Positions 1 through 9,887 of a stretch of DNA of 36,050 bases are shown here, one piece after another. Position 1 is the first letter of the stretch; each line of letters begins with the position of its first letter. The notes under the pieces were generated by a model. The model did no database searches, had not been told where the DNA came from, and saw only the letters and a program-made list of their open reading frames with translations. Source of the stretch: an uncultured Candidatus Saccharibacteria bacterium (lineage in GTDB: Bacteria > Patescibacteriota > Minisyncoccia > Phycocordibacterales > PALSA-1337); the NCBI GenBank assembly GCA_964484315.1, contig CAZAEF010000002.1, positions 1 to 36,050 on the forward strand, given 5' to 3'. A program made the translations under genes and the position numbers.

Positions 1-10
1 TTCATATATA

Positions 11-19
11 TGGTATAAT
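11..19 (+). promoter_or_regulatory. Extended -10 promoter element TGGTATAAT
   Basis: Exact TGnTATAAT match 27 nt upstream of the ATG at 46. The same 9-mer recurs upstream of several genes in the window. Confidence 0.45.
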
Positions 20-45
20 TTACCCATATCAACTAACACATTAAA

Positions 46-2292
46 ATGTTAATTTTCATATTTATTGTCATCGCTGTTCTTGTTTTCTACAATATTTTCA
101 AGCGTATAGATAATCTCGAGAAAAAAGTAGTCAGTCTTTCGAAAGATGGAGTGGTACCTACACATTCTGCTTCGACCTCTACAGTAACTCCTCCAGCATC
201 TCGTCTTACTCCTACAGGAACTATGGCTGAAACTAGGACAAGCACCCCACTTACTCCTCCAGTCACTTCTCGCTCTACAATTCCTCCCGTATTTTCTAGT
301 CCGAAGACTTCTCCTACACAATCACAGCACGAAGGTGGTACAGAATTTGCTGTTGGTAGTAAGTTACTCACTGGTATTGGAGTATTCGCACTCATACTCG
401 GTGTAGGATTCTTTTTCCGTTATGCTTTCGAAAATAATCTCATCAGCGAAGGTGCTCGTATTATGATCGGTATTGTATTGGGTATTATTGTGATTGCTAT
501 CGGTCATATGCTCCGTGCGAAATATGCTCAGTACGGACACACTCTCGTCGGTGCTGGTATAGGTATACTCTATCTTTCTACATATTCTGCATACAGTCTC
601 TATGGACTTATATCTACCATTCCCGCATTCATACTTCTTGTCATCATCACTGCGCTCGGAGTCGGTCTAGCTCTGGCATACAATTCGAAACCACTCGTAA
701 GTTATGCATTCCTCGGTGCATTCATTATTCCACTCCTACTTCCACTCGCTCAATCTATACATATACTCTTTCTTTATCTAATTGTCCTCAATCTCGGCGT
801 CCTTCTCATTGCTCGTTTCAAAATATGGCCAGAGTTCACTCTAGCAAGTATGATTGGTTCCAGTGTGATTTTTCTCCAATGGGTCTCTGGTCCATATACA
901 GAAGCACTCTACATACCGACATTACTCTACGGAACTCTACTTTTTATTATGTACTTCATCACTAGCTTGCTAAATTTTGTCTATAGAGACAGGAATTATA
1001 AGGGAATTGATGGATTACTTCTCTATGGAACTCCGACAGCTTATTTCCTCCTCATGTTATCTATTGTTCACGGTAAGGAAGATATAGCATTACTTTCTGC
1101 AATGATCGGTATCTTCTATATTGTCTTCTCTCTATTGATTCGCGCTGGATTCGGTGCGCTCGGCGAACTTCGTACATTCTCGAATGCTATGCTCTGTATC
1201 GCTTCGCCATTTATCGCGGCAGCTACAGCACTTCATTTCGAAGGATCAACTATCACTATCATATGGGCTATCGAGGCAGTCGTAATGATCTCTATCGGAT
1301 ATATTCTCCAAACATCTAGCAATCGTATTGCGGGACTTGTTCTCACTGTATTCACTTGTATTCGTATGTTTGCTTTCGATCTGAACCTTCCACAAGGTGC
1401 TTCAATATTCTTCAATGAGCGTTCGGCAACTCTTCTCTTCGTCACTCTAGCATGCCTTGTAATCTGGAGAATATATAATGCATATATACCAAAAATTACA
1501 GGAGTCCATCATGATGAGATTGTCGCAGGTCAAGCAGTCGGTGCCTTCGGACTATATATAGTACTCTTCACATGGCTTACTCTAGAGGTGAATGATTTCG
1601 TATCAGATTTCGGACTATACATACCTGTTGTTTGGATGATCTTCACCTCAGTGATGATGAGTGTTGGTGTGCTTGCGCGTGATAAGGTGTTTCGTGTCCT
1701 ATCATACGTACTACTTATCGTATCTATCTTTGCGGAATTTATCATGCATTACAATCTCGCTAGTTCAGAACCGATCTTCTTCAATATTCGAGTGGCGACT
1801 ATGATCGTAGCAGTCCTCACTATCGCATATATAGTATGGTTGAGTACCACTCATAAGGATGTATTCAATGATGAAGAGAGACGTTTGAATGTTACTCTCA
1901 CACTCATTGCAAACTTCATGGTCATCTGGGCACTTTCTCTAGAGATAGTCTCATACTTCCGTCTTCAGATTGAGAATGGACAAGCATTTGCTACAGTAGA
2001 AAATACGAAACGTGTCAGTCTCTCCGCATTCTGGCTCATATACGCTCTAGGTGGTCTCGCTGTTGGTATATTCCGCAAGTCTATCTCAGTGCGTTACGCT
2101 TCTATCATTCTCTTTGCAATCTCTATTTTCAAAATCTTTCTTTACGATACTGCGAACCTCAGTGATGTCTATAGATTTATCTCATTCATTACTCTCGGAG
2201 TCATTCTCCTCGTCGCTGGATTCGCTTATTACAGATTCAAATCGCGCATCCTAGAACTAGTGAGTGGGGAGCATGTAGATAATAAAGTATAG
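46..2292 (+). CDS. Large multi-pass membrane protein, DUF2339-like
   Basis: 748-aa ORF with an N-terminal TM helix, a Pro/Thr/Ser-rich linker and then many hydrophobic segments. The architecture recalls DUF2339. No catalytic motif seen. Confidence 0.6.
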   Translation: MLIFIFIVIAVLVFYNIFKRIDNLEKKVVSLSKDGVVPTHSASTSTVTPPASRLTPTGTMAETRTSTPLTPPVTSRSTIPPVFSSPKTSPTQSQHEGGTEFAVGSKLLTGIGVFALILGVGFFFRYAFENNLISEGARIMIGIVLGIIVIAIGHMLRAKYAQYGHTLVGAGIGILYLSTYSAYSLYGLISTIPAFILLVIITALGVGLALAYNSKPLVSYAFLGAFIIPLLLPLAQSIHILFLYLIVLNLGVLLIARFKIWPEFTLASMIGSSVIFLQWVSGPYTEALYIPTLLYGTLLFIMYFITSLLNFVYRDRNYKGIDGLLLYGTPTAYFLLMLSIVHGKEDIALLSAMIGIFYIVFSLLIRAGFGALGELRTFSNAMLCIASPFIAAATALHFEGSTITIIWAIEAVVMISIGYILQTSSNRIAGLVLTVFTCIRMFAFDLNLPQGASIFFNERSATLLFVTLACLVIWRIYNAYIPKITGVHHDEIVAGQAVGAFGLYIVLFTWLTLEVNDFVSDFGLYIPVVWMIFTSVMMSVGVLARDKVFRVLSYVLLIVSIFAEFIMHYNLASSEPIFFNIRVATMIVAVLTIAYIVWLSTTHKDVFNDEERRLNVTLTLIANFMVIWALSLEIVSYFRLQIENGQAFATVENTKRVSLSAFWLIYALGGLAVGIFRKSISVRYASIILFAISIFKIFLYDTANLSDVYRFISFITLGVILLVAGFAYYRFKSRILELVSGEHVDNKV

Positions 2293-2293
2293 T

Positions 2294-2683
2294 ATGCCCC
2301 ATTTCGGTGAACATATCATGATCGACGGTTATGGTGGAAATCCTCTCAAACTCAATGATGAGAAACTAGTATTATCTTGCCTCAACGATCTCCCAGAACT
2401 TCTCGATATGCATAGACTTGCTCCACCAGTCATATATCATGCTGAGGGAAATGGAGAAAAAGATCCTGGTGGTTGGACTGGGGTGGTGACGATAATGGAA
2501 AGCCATATCAGTATTCATACATTTCCACGAAGAGGGTTTGTGAGTGCGGATGTATACACTTGCAAGAATGGCATGAATACAGAATTCATCATAGATTTCT
2601 TCAAGAAAACTTTTGATCTCGCAGATGCAGAAACAAATTTCGTGAAAAGGGGAACTAGGTATCCAGAGAAAAATATTTCATAG
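2294..2683 (+). CDS. speH: S-adenosylmethionine decarboxylase proenzyme (pyruvoyl, small bacterial/archaeal type)
   Basis: GVVTIMESHISIHTFP matches the conserved self-cleavage motif (E-S bond, ESH..HT.PE) of class 1 AdoMetDC. Size of 129 aa is typical. Confidence 0.85.
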   Translation: MPHFGEHIMIDGYGGNPLKLNDEKLVLSCLNDLPELLDMHRLAPPVIYHAEGNGEKDPGGWTGVVTIMESHISIHTFPRRGFVSADVYTCKNGMNTEFIIDFFKKTFDLADAETNFVKRGTRYPEKNIS

Positions 2684-2711
2684 AATTAGAAACATAGTGT
2701 ATACTGCCTTT

Positions 2712-2834
2712 ATGGCAAATAGAACAGATACACCACGCAAAGCTTCTCGCTCAAAGAAAACCGCGAAGCGCCTCGCTACAAAATACGCTCGACGTATGAT
2801 CAAGAAGGCAAAACTGGCAAGACGGAGATCATAA
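2712..2834 (+). CDS. Candidate 40-aa highly basic small protein (below the ORF-track cutoff)
   Basis: Hand translation gives MANRTDTPRKASRSKKTAKRLATKYARRMIKKAKLARRRS. It sits cleanly inside the 196-nt speH-M23 gap, with TATACT 7 nt upstream of the ATG. The competing antisense ORF 2678..2899 overlaps both neighbours. Confidence 0.3.
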   Translation: MANRTDTPRKASRSKKTAKRLATKYARRMIKKAKLARRRS

Positions 2835-2879
2835 TATAGTGCAGTCAGTATCGTAGGATAACCTGCTATACTATAGAGT

Positions 2880-3740
2880 ATGAGAAAAGTAATAATCATC
2901 CTCTGCTTATCGGTACTTCTTTTTAACCAACATCTCGCACATGCTGGTACTTTTTCTGTACCTATTACTTTTTACCCAACTACTCTCACCCAAGGGGATC
3001 CACTAATGGTCACAATAGATGCGAAGCAGAGTTCGCTATCAAAAGTCTTCTTCGATGGTAAGGCTGTTTCTATATTTACATATGATGGAAAGACTAGGGC
3101 ATTCATTCCCATTTCTCTTACCGCTAGAGCAGGTACACACTCTATCCTTGTGAAAAGTATAAAGGGTGAAGGTCTAACTAAAGATGTGGTTGTAAATAAG
3201 AGAAAAAAGTTCGAGGCACCTCTCGGTATTCCTGCGAAGCTCGGTGGTGATACAGTACAGAGTCAGAAACGTCTCGTCAGTAATCTGGATAAAGAAAATG
3301 CATCTCTCATCGGACTTCGTACTAGCAATAAAGTTTTATGGATGAAACCTTTCATATTTCCTGTAAAAGATCCGATAGTTACTGATGGTTATGGATATAA
3401 CCGCAAGACTGGTGAATACACTATAGCGCACAAAGGCACAGATTTCCGCGCACCAACTAGTACGTCTGTTCTAGCTATGAATGATGGTATTGTTCGTCTT
3501 GCACATACATATATCATATACGGTAATACGATAGTGATAGATCATGGTCTAGGTCTTCAAACATTCTATATGCATCTTTCGAAGATAAATGTAAAAGAGG
3601 GTCAATCGATAAAGCGGGGAGATGTGATAGGACTTTCAGGTGATACTGGATATGCAGAGAGTCCACATCTCCATACGACAGTAAGACTCAGTGATATATC
3701 CATAGATCCAATAGTCTTTATGAATTTTTTCAAGAAATAG
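2880..3740 (+). CDS. M23 family (LytM-like) metallopeptidase with signal peptide
   Basis: N-terminal hydrophobic signal. HKGTDF (HxxxD) and SPHLH (HxH) zinc motifs in the C-terminal domain. Confidence 0.85.
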   Translation: MRKVIIILCLSVLLFNQHLAHAGTFSVPITFYPTTLTQGDPLMVTIDAKQSSLSKVFFDGKAVSIFTYDGKTRAFIPISLTARAGTHSILVKSIKGEGLTKDVVVNKRKKFEAPLGIPAKLGGDTVQSQKRLVSNLDKENASLIGLRTSNKVLWMKPFIFPVKDPIVTDGYGYNRKTGEYTIAHKGTDFRAPTSTSVLAMNDGIVRLAHTYIIYGNTIVIDHGLGLQTFYMHLSKINVKEGQSIKRGDVIGLSGDTGYAESPHLHTTVRLSDISIDPIVFMNFFKK

Positions 3741-3749
3741 TCATAAGTA

Positions 3750-3992
3750 ATGTCCTACTACGTCTACATTCTCGAGTGTTCTGATCATACCTACTATACT
3801 GGTTCAACAAATGATATTGAGAAGAGACTGCTAGCTCACAACACTTCGAAAAATGGAGCAAAATATACTAGAGGACGTAGGCCGGTGAAATTGATCTATT
3901 CAGAGAAATTGAAGACAAAAAGCAAGGCATTTTCTCGTGAGTGGGAGATAAAGAAAATGAAGAGAGGAGAGAAGCTGGGCTTGATAAAATAA
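3750..3992 (+). CDS. GIY-YIG nuclease superfamily protein (UPF0213/YhbQ-like)
   Basis: YYVYILECSDHTYYTGSTNDIEKRLLAHN is the GIY-YIG signature. 80-aa stand-alone domain. Confidence 0.8.
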   Translation: MSYYVYILECSDHTYYTGSTNDIEKRLLAHNTSKNGAKYTRGRRPVKLIYSEKLKTKSKAFSREWEIKKMKRGEKLGLIK

Positions 3993-4101
3993 TTTTGATA
4001 CAATACTGGCAACTAGGGTACTTATTTTGGTACAGACATTTTTTTAAACATCACTCTCTAGGATTATTAAGAATTTATTATTAGTTAATTAAAAAATAAT
4101 T

Positions 4102-4935
4102 ATGAATGAAAAAGAGACAAATCTCAAGGTTTTTGAAGGTGATAAGATCCGCAGAGAATAGAATGAAAAAGAGGAAAAATGGTATTTTTCGGTGGTAGAT
4201 ATTGTTAGTGTTTTGAGTGGTAGTGTTGATGGTCGCAATTATTGGAAAGTTCTAAAAAACCGCTTAAATGAAGAAGGAAATGAGTCGGTTACAAAATGTA
4301 ACCAACTGAAAATGAAATCTTCGGATGGCAAATACTATCTCACCGACGTCGCCGATCTTGAGGCTACCTTCCGCATTATTCAATCTATACCATCCCCCAA
4401 AGCCGAACCTTTCAAACTCTGGCTGGCACAGGTTGGAAAAGAGAGGATTGATGAGATAAAGGATCCAGAGCTTGCGGTGAATCGAGCTAAGGCTATCTAC
4501 GAGAAAAAGGGATACCCAAAAGACTGGGTTGATAAGAGAATGCGGGGAATTGCGATCAGAAATACACTTACAGATACTTGGCAGGAGAGAGGAGCAAAAG
4601 GTGGAAATGATTTTGCAATCTTGACCAATGAGATCTACAAGGGAACCTTTGATCTGACAGCGAAAGAATACAAAGACCACAAAGATTTACATCCTGAGAG
4701 CAATCTCCGTGACCACATGGATGATGTCGAACTTATTCTCACAATGCTTGGCGAGGCTACTACGAACCGCATCTCTGAGGTCAAAGACTCAAAGGGGATG
4801 CCTGAGTTACAGACTGATGCAAAGATTGGCGGTAAGATAGCTGGAAATACTCGCAAGGAGATAGAGAAAGAAACCAAGAAAAGAGTCGTGACTAAAAATA
4901 ACTTCTTACCACAACAAAAACCACATTTGAAATAA
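4102..4935 (+). pseudogene. Bro-N domain protein (prophage antirepressor-like) interrupted by an in-frame TAG at 4159-4161
   Basis: ATG at 4102 encodes MNEKETNLKVFEGDKIRRE, then TAG, then continues in frame with NEKEEKWYFSVVDIVSVL...IQSIPSPKAEPFKLWLAQVG, the conserved Bro-N core. The track ORF only restarts at GTG 4192, inside the domain. Confidence 0.55.
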
Positions 4936-4992
4936 GTGTGGAGATCAGTTTACTGTTAGTGGGAATTCCGCTAGAACAATTAGACTTTAAGA

Positions 4993-6249
4993 TTAAATAA
5001 TACTACTCCCCGCCACCCACCCAGTCGTCCAGCACAATTGCAATGAATATCCTCCAGAAGGTCTATCAATATTGAGCACATCGCCGACAAGGTAGAGATT
5101 TGGTATTTTCTTTGACTGCATCGTGCGGAAGTCTACTTCCATGAGACTCACTCCTCCAGATGAAACTACTGCTTTATCAGAACCGAGAAGACTTTCGACA
5201 TGAAGCGGTACACCTTTGAGTATATCAATCAGTTTCAGTCTTTCTTCGCGAGATATTGCATTGTCTGTTTTTTCTTCATCTATATTCGTAAGTTTGAGGA
5301 TTGGCGAGACTAGTGCGGAAGGTATGATTGAGCTCAGTGAATTTTTTATTTTCTTTTTATCATCAACTTTGAAAAGTTCTTGAAGCTTCTCATTTATCAT
5401 CCCATGATCGAGAGAAGGAAGGGGGTCGAGACGGATTTCCACTTCTCCATACTTGAGAAGTTCACCAATATCCCGACTCATATTGAGTATTGTAGGACCA
5501 CTCACACCGAAATGGGTGAATAATAATTTACCCTTATGCACTTCTTGCTTCACATTGTTCTGAAATGTTGTGAGTTTGATGTCTCTGAGAGTAAGTCCGG
5601 ACACTTTCTTTACCCACTCGTCTTTGAGAGCAATAGGAACTAGAGCTTCGGTGCTCGGTACGACGGTATGACCAAGGTCGGATAGCCATTTGAAGCCATC
5701 ACCCGTAGATCCTGTCTCTGGCCGTGAAGTACCACCAGTAGCGAGAATATATTTATCTGCAACCAGCACTTCTTTATTTTTCAAAACCACCCCACTGATT
5801 TTTCCATCTTTTGTTTCTATCCTTGCGACTTCAGCACCAGTTTTTATTTCTACATTACTTTGCTTGAGATAATCGACGAGGACATTCCATACAGACTGTG
5901 CGGAATCAGAAACAGGGAATACACGATTCTCGGCTTCGACTTTGGTAGGCATGGCACGCCCATTAAAGAATTCAAGAGCTTTGCGGACATCGAACTGTGA
6001 AAAAGCAGAATGTAGGAACTTGTCGCTATCCTTATATTTCGAGAGGAATTTACGAACATCATATTCGGCATTGGTAACATTGCATCTACCACCACCGGTA
6101 ATCAGGAGTTTCTTGCCGAGACCCTCATTTTTTTCAAGCAAAACAACTCGGAAATCCTCATCGGTTTTTTCTTTGCCAAGTTCGGCGCTCCGAGCCGCCG
6201 CCATCATACCTGCAGGTCCTCCACCGATGATAATAACGTCGTATTTCAT
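4993..6249 (-). CDS. HI0933-family FAD-dependent oxidoreductase (BaiN/aminoacetone-oxidase-like)
   Basis: MKYDVIIIGGGPAGMMAA Rossmann motif and LLITGGGRCNVTN family motif. Start placed at the ATG just before the GxGxxG motif rather than at the upstream 6285. Confidence 0.8.
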   Translation of the reverse strand: MKYDVIIIGGGPAGMMAAARSAELGKEKTDEDFRVVLLEKNEGLGKKLLITGGGRCNVTNAEYDVRKFLSKYKDSDKFLHSAFSQFDVRKALEFFNGRAMPTKVEAENRVFPVSDSAQSVWNVLVDYLKQSNVEIKTGAEVARIETKDGKISGVVLKNKEVLVADKYILATGGTSRPETGSTGDGFKWLSDLGHTVVPSTEALVPIALKDEWVKKVSGLTLRDIKLTTFQNNVKQEVHKGKLLFTHFGVSGPTILNMSRDIGELLKYGEVEIRLDPLPSLDHGMINEKLQELFKVDDKKKIKNSLSSIIPSALVSPILKLTNIDEEKTDNAISREERLKLIDILKGVPLHVESLLGSDKAVVSSGGVSLMEVDFRTMQSKKIPNLYLVGDVLNIDRPSGGYSLQLCWTTGWVAGSSII

Positions 6250-6307
6250 GGCTATTATCCTAGCATTCTTGACTAATTTATACAAATAATATATAGTATG
6301 TACCTAA

Positions 6308-7690
6308 ATGAATCCTTCATCTGGCCATAGAGACAGTAGCGCAGGTAGTAGCCGAGGTCCACGCAAATCTTTCTCTTCATCACATTCAACCCCAAGACCC
6401 TCATTCCGAGGTGGTTCTTCTCTTGGATCATCGAGACCATCTTTCGGGGCTTCTAAACCGACCTACGGTTCACGACCCCCATTCCGTAGTTCTGGAGGAC
6501 GACCAACATTCGGTAGTCGACCACCTATGCGTGGTGGACGAGGAGGAGGAGGCCGTGGAGGACGAGGAACTGGTCAGTATATCGATGCATCTAGATTTAT
6601 CAATAAAGCTGTCATCACAGAGAAGGTCGAGCACTTCGTGCCAGATCATGCCTTTTCAGATTTTCATATAGAAGAAAAGCTCAAGAAAAATATCATAGCA
6701 AAGGGATATGTAAACCCTACACCTATTCAAGATAAATCGATTCCTCACATTCTTCGCGGTCTCGACCTTGTTGGTATTGCGAACACCGGTACTGGTAAAA
6801 CAGCGGCATTTCTCATTCCCCTCATCAATAAAGTCCTAGCTTCACGATCTACTCCACTTCCAGAACGAATACTCATCGTCGTTCCTACTCGTGAACTTGC
6901 TCAACAGATAGAAAGTGAATTCAATGAATTTGTCCCTCATCTCAATATGTTCGCTGTATGTTGCGTCGGAGGGGCAAGTATGGGTTATCAGGTACGAGCA
7001 CTCAATAATCCTCACAGCTTCATTATTGGTACACCAGGACGTCTCCGTGATCTCATTGACCGTCGAAGTATCAATCTCGAGCGATATGCCACAGTCGTGC
7101 TTGACGAGGCAGACCGCATGCTCGACATGGGATTCATAGCTGATATCAAGTACATGGTGTCCAAGATGCCAGCGAAGAGACATACTCTCTTCTTTTCAGC
7201 GACCATGTCACCAGAAATAAAAGCTCTAATCAAGGATTTTCTCAATGAACCAGTTATGATATCGGTTAAGACAACAGAAACTTCTAGTCATGTTGATCAG
7301 GATGTCGTACGAGTGCCAGCAGGGAAGAATAAGCTAGATGTTTTGAGAGACCTTCTCAAAGGACCAGGTTTCGACAAAGTTCTCATCTTCGGTCGTACGA
7401 AGCATGGCGTAGAACGACTTGCAAAAGAATTAAAAACAATGGGATTCAAAGCAGAATCAATCCATGGCAATAAGACACAGGGTCAGCGTCAGAAGGCATT
7501 GAGTCTTTTCAAAGAAAATCATGCGAATATTCTCGTGGCGACGGACGTCGCAGCTCGTGGTCTCGATATATCTGGCGTCAGTCACGTGATCAATTTCGAA
7601 GTCCCATCAACCTATGATGACTATGTTCATCGTATTGGACGAACGGGAAGAGCTGGTAAGAAAGGAAAAGCTCTCACATTTATAGGATAG
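6308..7690 (+). CDS. DEAD-box ATP-dependent RNA helicase with N-terminal Ser/Arg/Gly/Pro-rich tail
   Basis: Q motif PTPIQ, motif I ANTGTGKT, PTRELA, DEAD, SAT, VATDVAARGLD and HRIGRTGRAG are all present. The first ~95 aa are low complexity with RGG repeats. Confidence 0.9.
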   Translation: MNPSSGHRDSSAGSSRGPRKSFSSSHSTPRPSFRGGSSLGSSRPSFGASKPTYGSRPPFRSSGGRPTFGSRPPMRGGRGGGGRGGRGTGQYIDASRFINKAVITEKVEHFVPDHAFSDFHIEEKLKKNIIAKGYVNPTPIQDKSIPHILRGLDLVGIANTGTGKTAAFLIPLINKVLASRSTPLPERILIVVPTRELAQQIESEFNEFVPHLNMFAVCCVGGASMGYQVRALNNPHSFIIGTPGRLRDLIDRRSINLERYATVVLDEADRMLDMGFIADIKYMVSKMPAKRHTLFFSATMSPEIKALIKDFLNEPVMISVKTTETSSHVDQDVVRVPAGKNKLDVLRDLLKGPGFDKVLIFGRTKHGVERLAKELKTMGFKAESIHGNKTQGQRQKALSLFKENHANILVATDVAARGLDISGVSHVINFEVPSTYDDYVHRIGRTGRAGKKGKALTFIG

Positions 7691-7782
7691 TCTGTATATA
7701 ATTGAATATGGTATACTTGAAGGAGTTACAAGATCACTTGTCGCTTCGTTTTATTTATCTATAATCCACAACTCATACACAT

Positions 7783-8091
7783 ATGTTAAAACTTTCAAAA
7801 GTGATACTAGGTATCCTGATCATACTCATAATCGGATATGTATGGTATTTCATGAGCTCTCCAAAGGAAACTGTCCCCATGAAGGAAACAGTTACTACAA
7901 CTACTGCAACTACTACGACACCAGAGACTCCAGTAGTTACAAAGCAAGTGCCTATTATTCAGAGCGTACTTACGACAAACGCGAATGATTCATCTGACAC
8001 CGCTCTCGCAGATGATTTGAAGAATATCGATGGACAATCTGCAAGTCTTTCTGTGGATACTCAAACGATTGATCAGAATATAACAAATTAA
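7783..8091 (+). CDS. Hypothetical membrane-anchored Thr-rich protein
   Basis: N-terminal TM helix followed by a TTTTATTTTP tract. No recognisable domain. Confidence 0.4.
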   Translation: MLKLSKVILGILIILIIGYVWYFMSSPKETVPMKETVTTTTATTTTPETPVVTKQVPIIQSVLTTNANDSSDTALADDLKNIDGQSASLSVDTQTIDQNITN

Positions 8092-8097
8092 AAAACA

Positions 8098-8892
8098 ATG
8101 AAAAACCTATATAAAATTCTTTCAATCAGTATACTCACTATTGTAGTTTTCGCAGGTACTAACTCTGTGTATGCAAAGGAGCCTGTGAAGACAACTATTA
8201 AAAAGGAAGATGGCACAGCAAAACTTGTGGAAAAGAGTAATAAAGAGATCGATCAGCGTATAGAATCTCTCAACAAGCTTACTGCGCGTGTGAATGAAAT
8301 GAGGCGACTCACTGATGCACAGAAGTCAGGAATCATAACTCAGATCCAAGGACTTGTCACAAGTCTGACAACACTCAAAACAAAGATTGCTATAGATATG
8401 ACAGCAAGTAGTACGGATCAGTCTGTGCTCAAAGAAGATATGGAATCAATTACAAAATCATACCGCATATACGCTCTCATTATGCCCCAGATTCATATCA
8501 TTGCCACAGTGGATCGCATAGCTACGCTTGGCAGTTCACTTACTACAGTCGGTACCAAACTTCAGACACGAATAGATCTAGCAACAACTACAGATACTAC
8601 AGTATTGAAGGCTACTCTAGTTAGCTATACTACTCACATTGCAAATGCTAATACTCAGGCTCAAGCAGCACTCAATCTAGTACTACCACTTGTCCCAGAT
8701 AATGGTGACAAAGCGGTGCAAGACAAGAATATGGCTGCGTTGAAAGAAGCAAGAGCGAATATAAAGAAGGCGATGGAAGAGATAGCCCTCGCACGCAAGG
8801 ATGCAGAGACAATTATCAAGGCGCTTTCACCGAAAAGTGCGAAGACGGTGAAGTCAATAGAAAAGTCTACAACCAAGACACCTAAGAAATAA
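8098..8892 (+). CDS. Hypothetical secreted helical/coiled-coil protein
   Basis: Signal-peptide-like N-terminus (ILTIVVFAGTNSVYA) followed by long helical-looking sequence. No motif recognised. Confidence 0.45.
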   Translation: MKNLYKILSISILTIVVFAGTNSVYAKEPVKTTIKKEDGTAKLVEKSNKEIDQRIESLNKLTARVNEMRRLTDAQKSGIITQIQGLVTSLTTLKTKIAIDMTASSTDQSVLKEDMESITKSYRIYALIMPQIHIIATVDRIATLGSSLTTVGTKLQTRIDLATTTDTTVLKATLVSYTTHIANANTQAQAALNLVLPLVPDNGDKAVQDKNMAALKEARANIKKAMEEIALARKDAETIIKALSPKSAKTVKSIEKSTTKTPKK

Positions 8893-8901
8893 TTAAAATA
8901 T

Positions 8902-9882
8902 ATGAGCAAATCTATAAGAGTTGCAATCAACGGTTTCGGACGAATAGGACGCGCTTTCTACAAAGCATCGAAGAATAATAAAGAAATAGAAGTAGTAGCG
9001 GTCAATGATCTCGGCACTATTGAGAGTATGAATTATCTTTTGAAATATGATTCAGTATACGGAATGAGTGATTACACTCTCGATGGAGTGAAATATATAA
9101 GTGAGAAAGAACCGACGAAATTACCATGGAAAGATCTCGATATAGATGTTGTTGTAGAATCTACTGGGCTATATACATCTACAGAAAAAGCTCAAGCGCA
9201 TATAGATGCTGGAGCGAAGAGGGTGGTGATCACAGCTCCGATCAAGGATGATGATTCTCCTACGGTTCTAATGTCAATGAATGAGGATAAATTAAAGTCA
9301 TGCCAAATTTCTTCGAATGCTTCATGTACTACAAACGCTGGTAGTCCCCTCATAGCTATTCTCGATGAAGCTCTAGGTATAGAAAAAGCACTTTTGAACA
9401 CAGTGCATGCATATACAGCTAGCCAATCTCTCGTCGATGGTCCAAATAAAAAAGATATGAGAGAGGGTCGTGCAGCTGCAGAGAATATTGTGCCATCTTC
9501 GACTGGGGCGGCCATAGCTGTGACAAAAGTCATGCCAAAATTTACAGGACTTTTTGACGGTATCTCTATCCGTGTCCCTGTCGTCGCGGGATCAATAGTC
9601 GACATTACTTTTATATCAAAGAAGGATACGACAGTAGATGAGGTCAATGGAATCCTAGAGACAGCCTCGAAAGAAGCACGTTGGAGAGGAATATTTACTA
9701 CTACTCGCGAGGATATCGTATCGAGAGATATTATCGGCAATACACATGGTTCTATCGCCGACCTCGCATTTACGAGAGTTGTTGGGGGGAATCTCGTAAA
9801 GGTTTTGGCGTGGTATGATAATGAGATGGGGTATACGCATACATTGGTCAGGCATGTAGTGGAGGCGGGGAGATTAATTTAA
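8902..9882 (+). CDS. gap: Glyceraldehyde-3-phosphate dehydrogenase, type I
   Basis: INGFGRIGR NAD-binding motif, the catalytic SNASCTTN motif and a C-terminal WYDNEMGY. Confidence 0.9.
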   Translation: MSKSIRVAINGFGRIGRAFYKASKNNKEIEVVAVNDLGTIESMNYLLKYDSVYGMSDYTLDGVKYISEKEPTKLPWKDLDIDVVVESTGLYTSTEKAQAHIDAGAKRVVITAPIKDDDSPTVLMSMNEDKLKSCQISSNASCTTNAGSPLIAILDEALGIEKALLNTVHAYTASQSLVDGPNKKDMREGRAAAENIVPSSTGAAIAVTKVMPKFTGLFDGISIRVPVVAGSIVDITFISKKDTTVDEVNGILETASKEARWRGIFTTTREDIVSRDIIGNTHGSIADLAFTRVVGGNLVKVLAWYDNEMGYTHTLVRHVVEAGRLI

Positions 9883-9887
9883 TCTCA

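Noticed and set aside
2678-2899. 73-aa minus-strand ORF from the track
   Set aside because: It overlaps both flanking plus-strand genes. Its hydrophobic composition is what an antisense reading of a Lys/Arg-rich frame produces. No promoter or RBS is evident.
4159-4161. TAG reassignment or an alternative genetic code as the explanation for the in-frame amber codon
   Set aside because: TAG terminates many well-supported genes here (the 46..2292 gene, speH, the M23 peptidase, the DEAD-box helicase, the response regulator, the HAD protein). TGA and TAA are also used as stops. Everything is consistent with the standard bacterial code.
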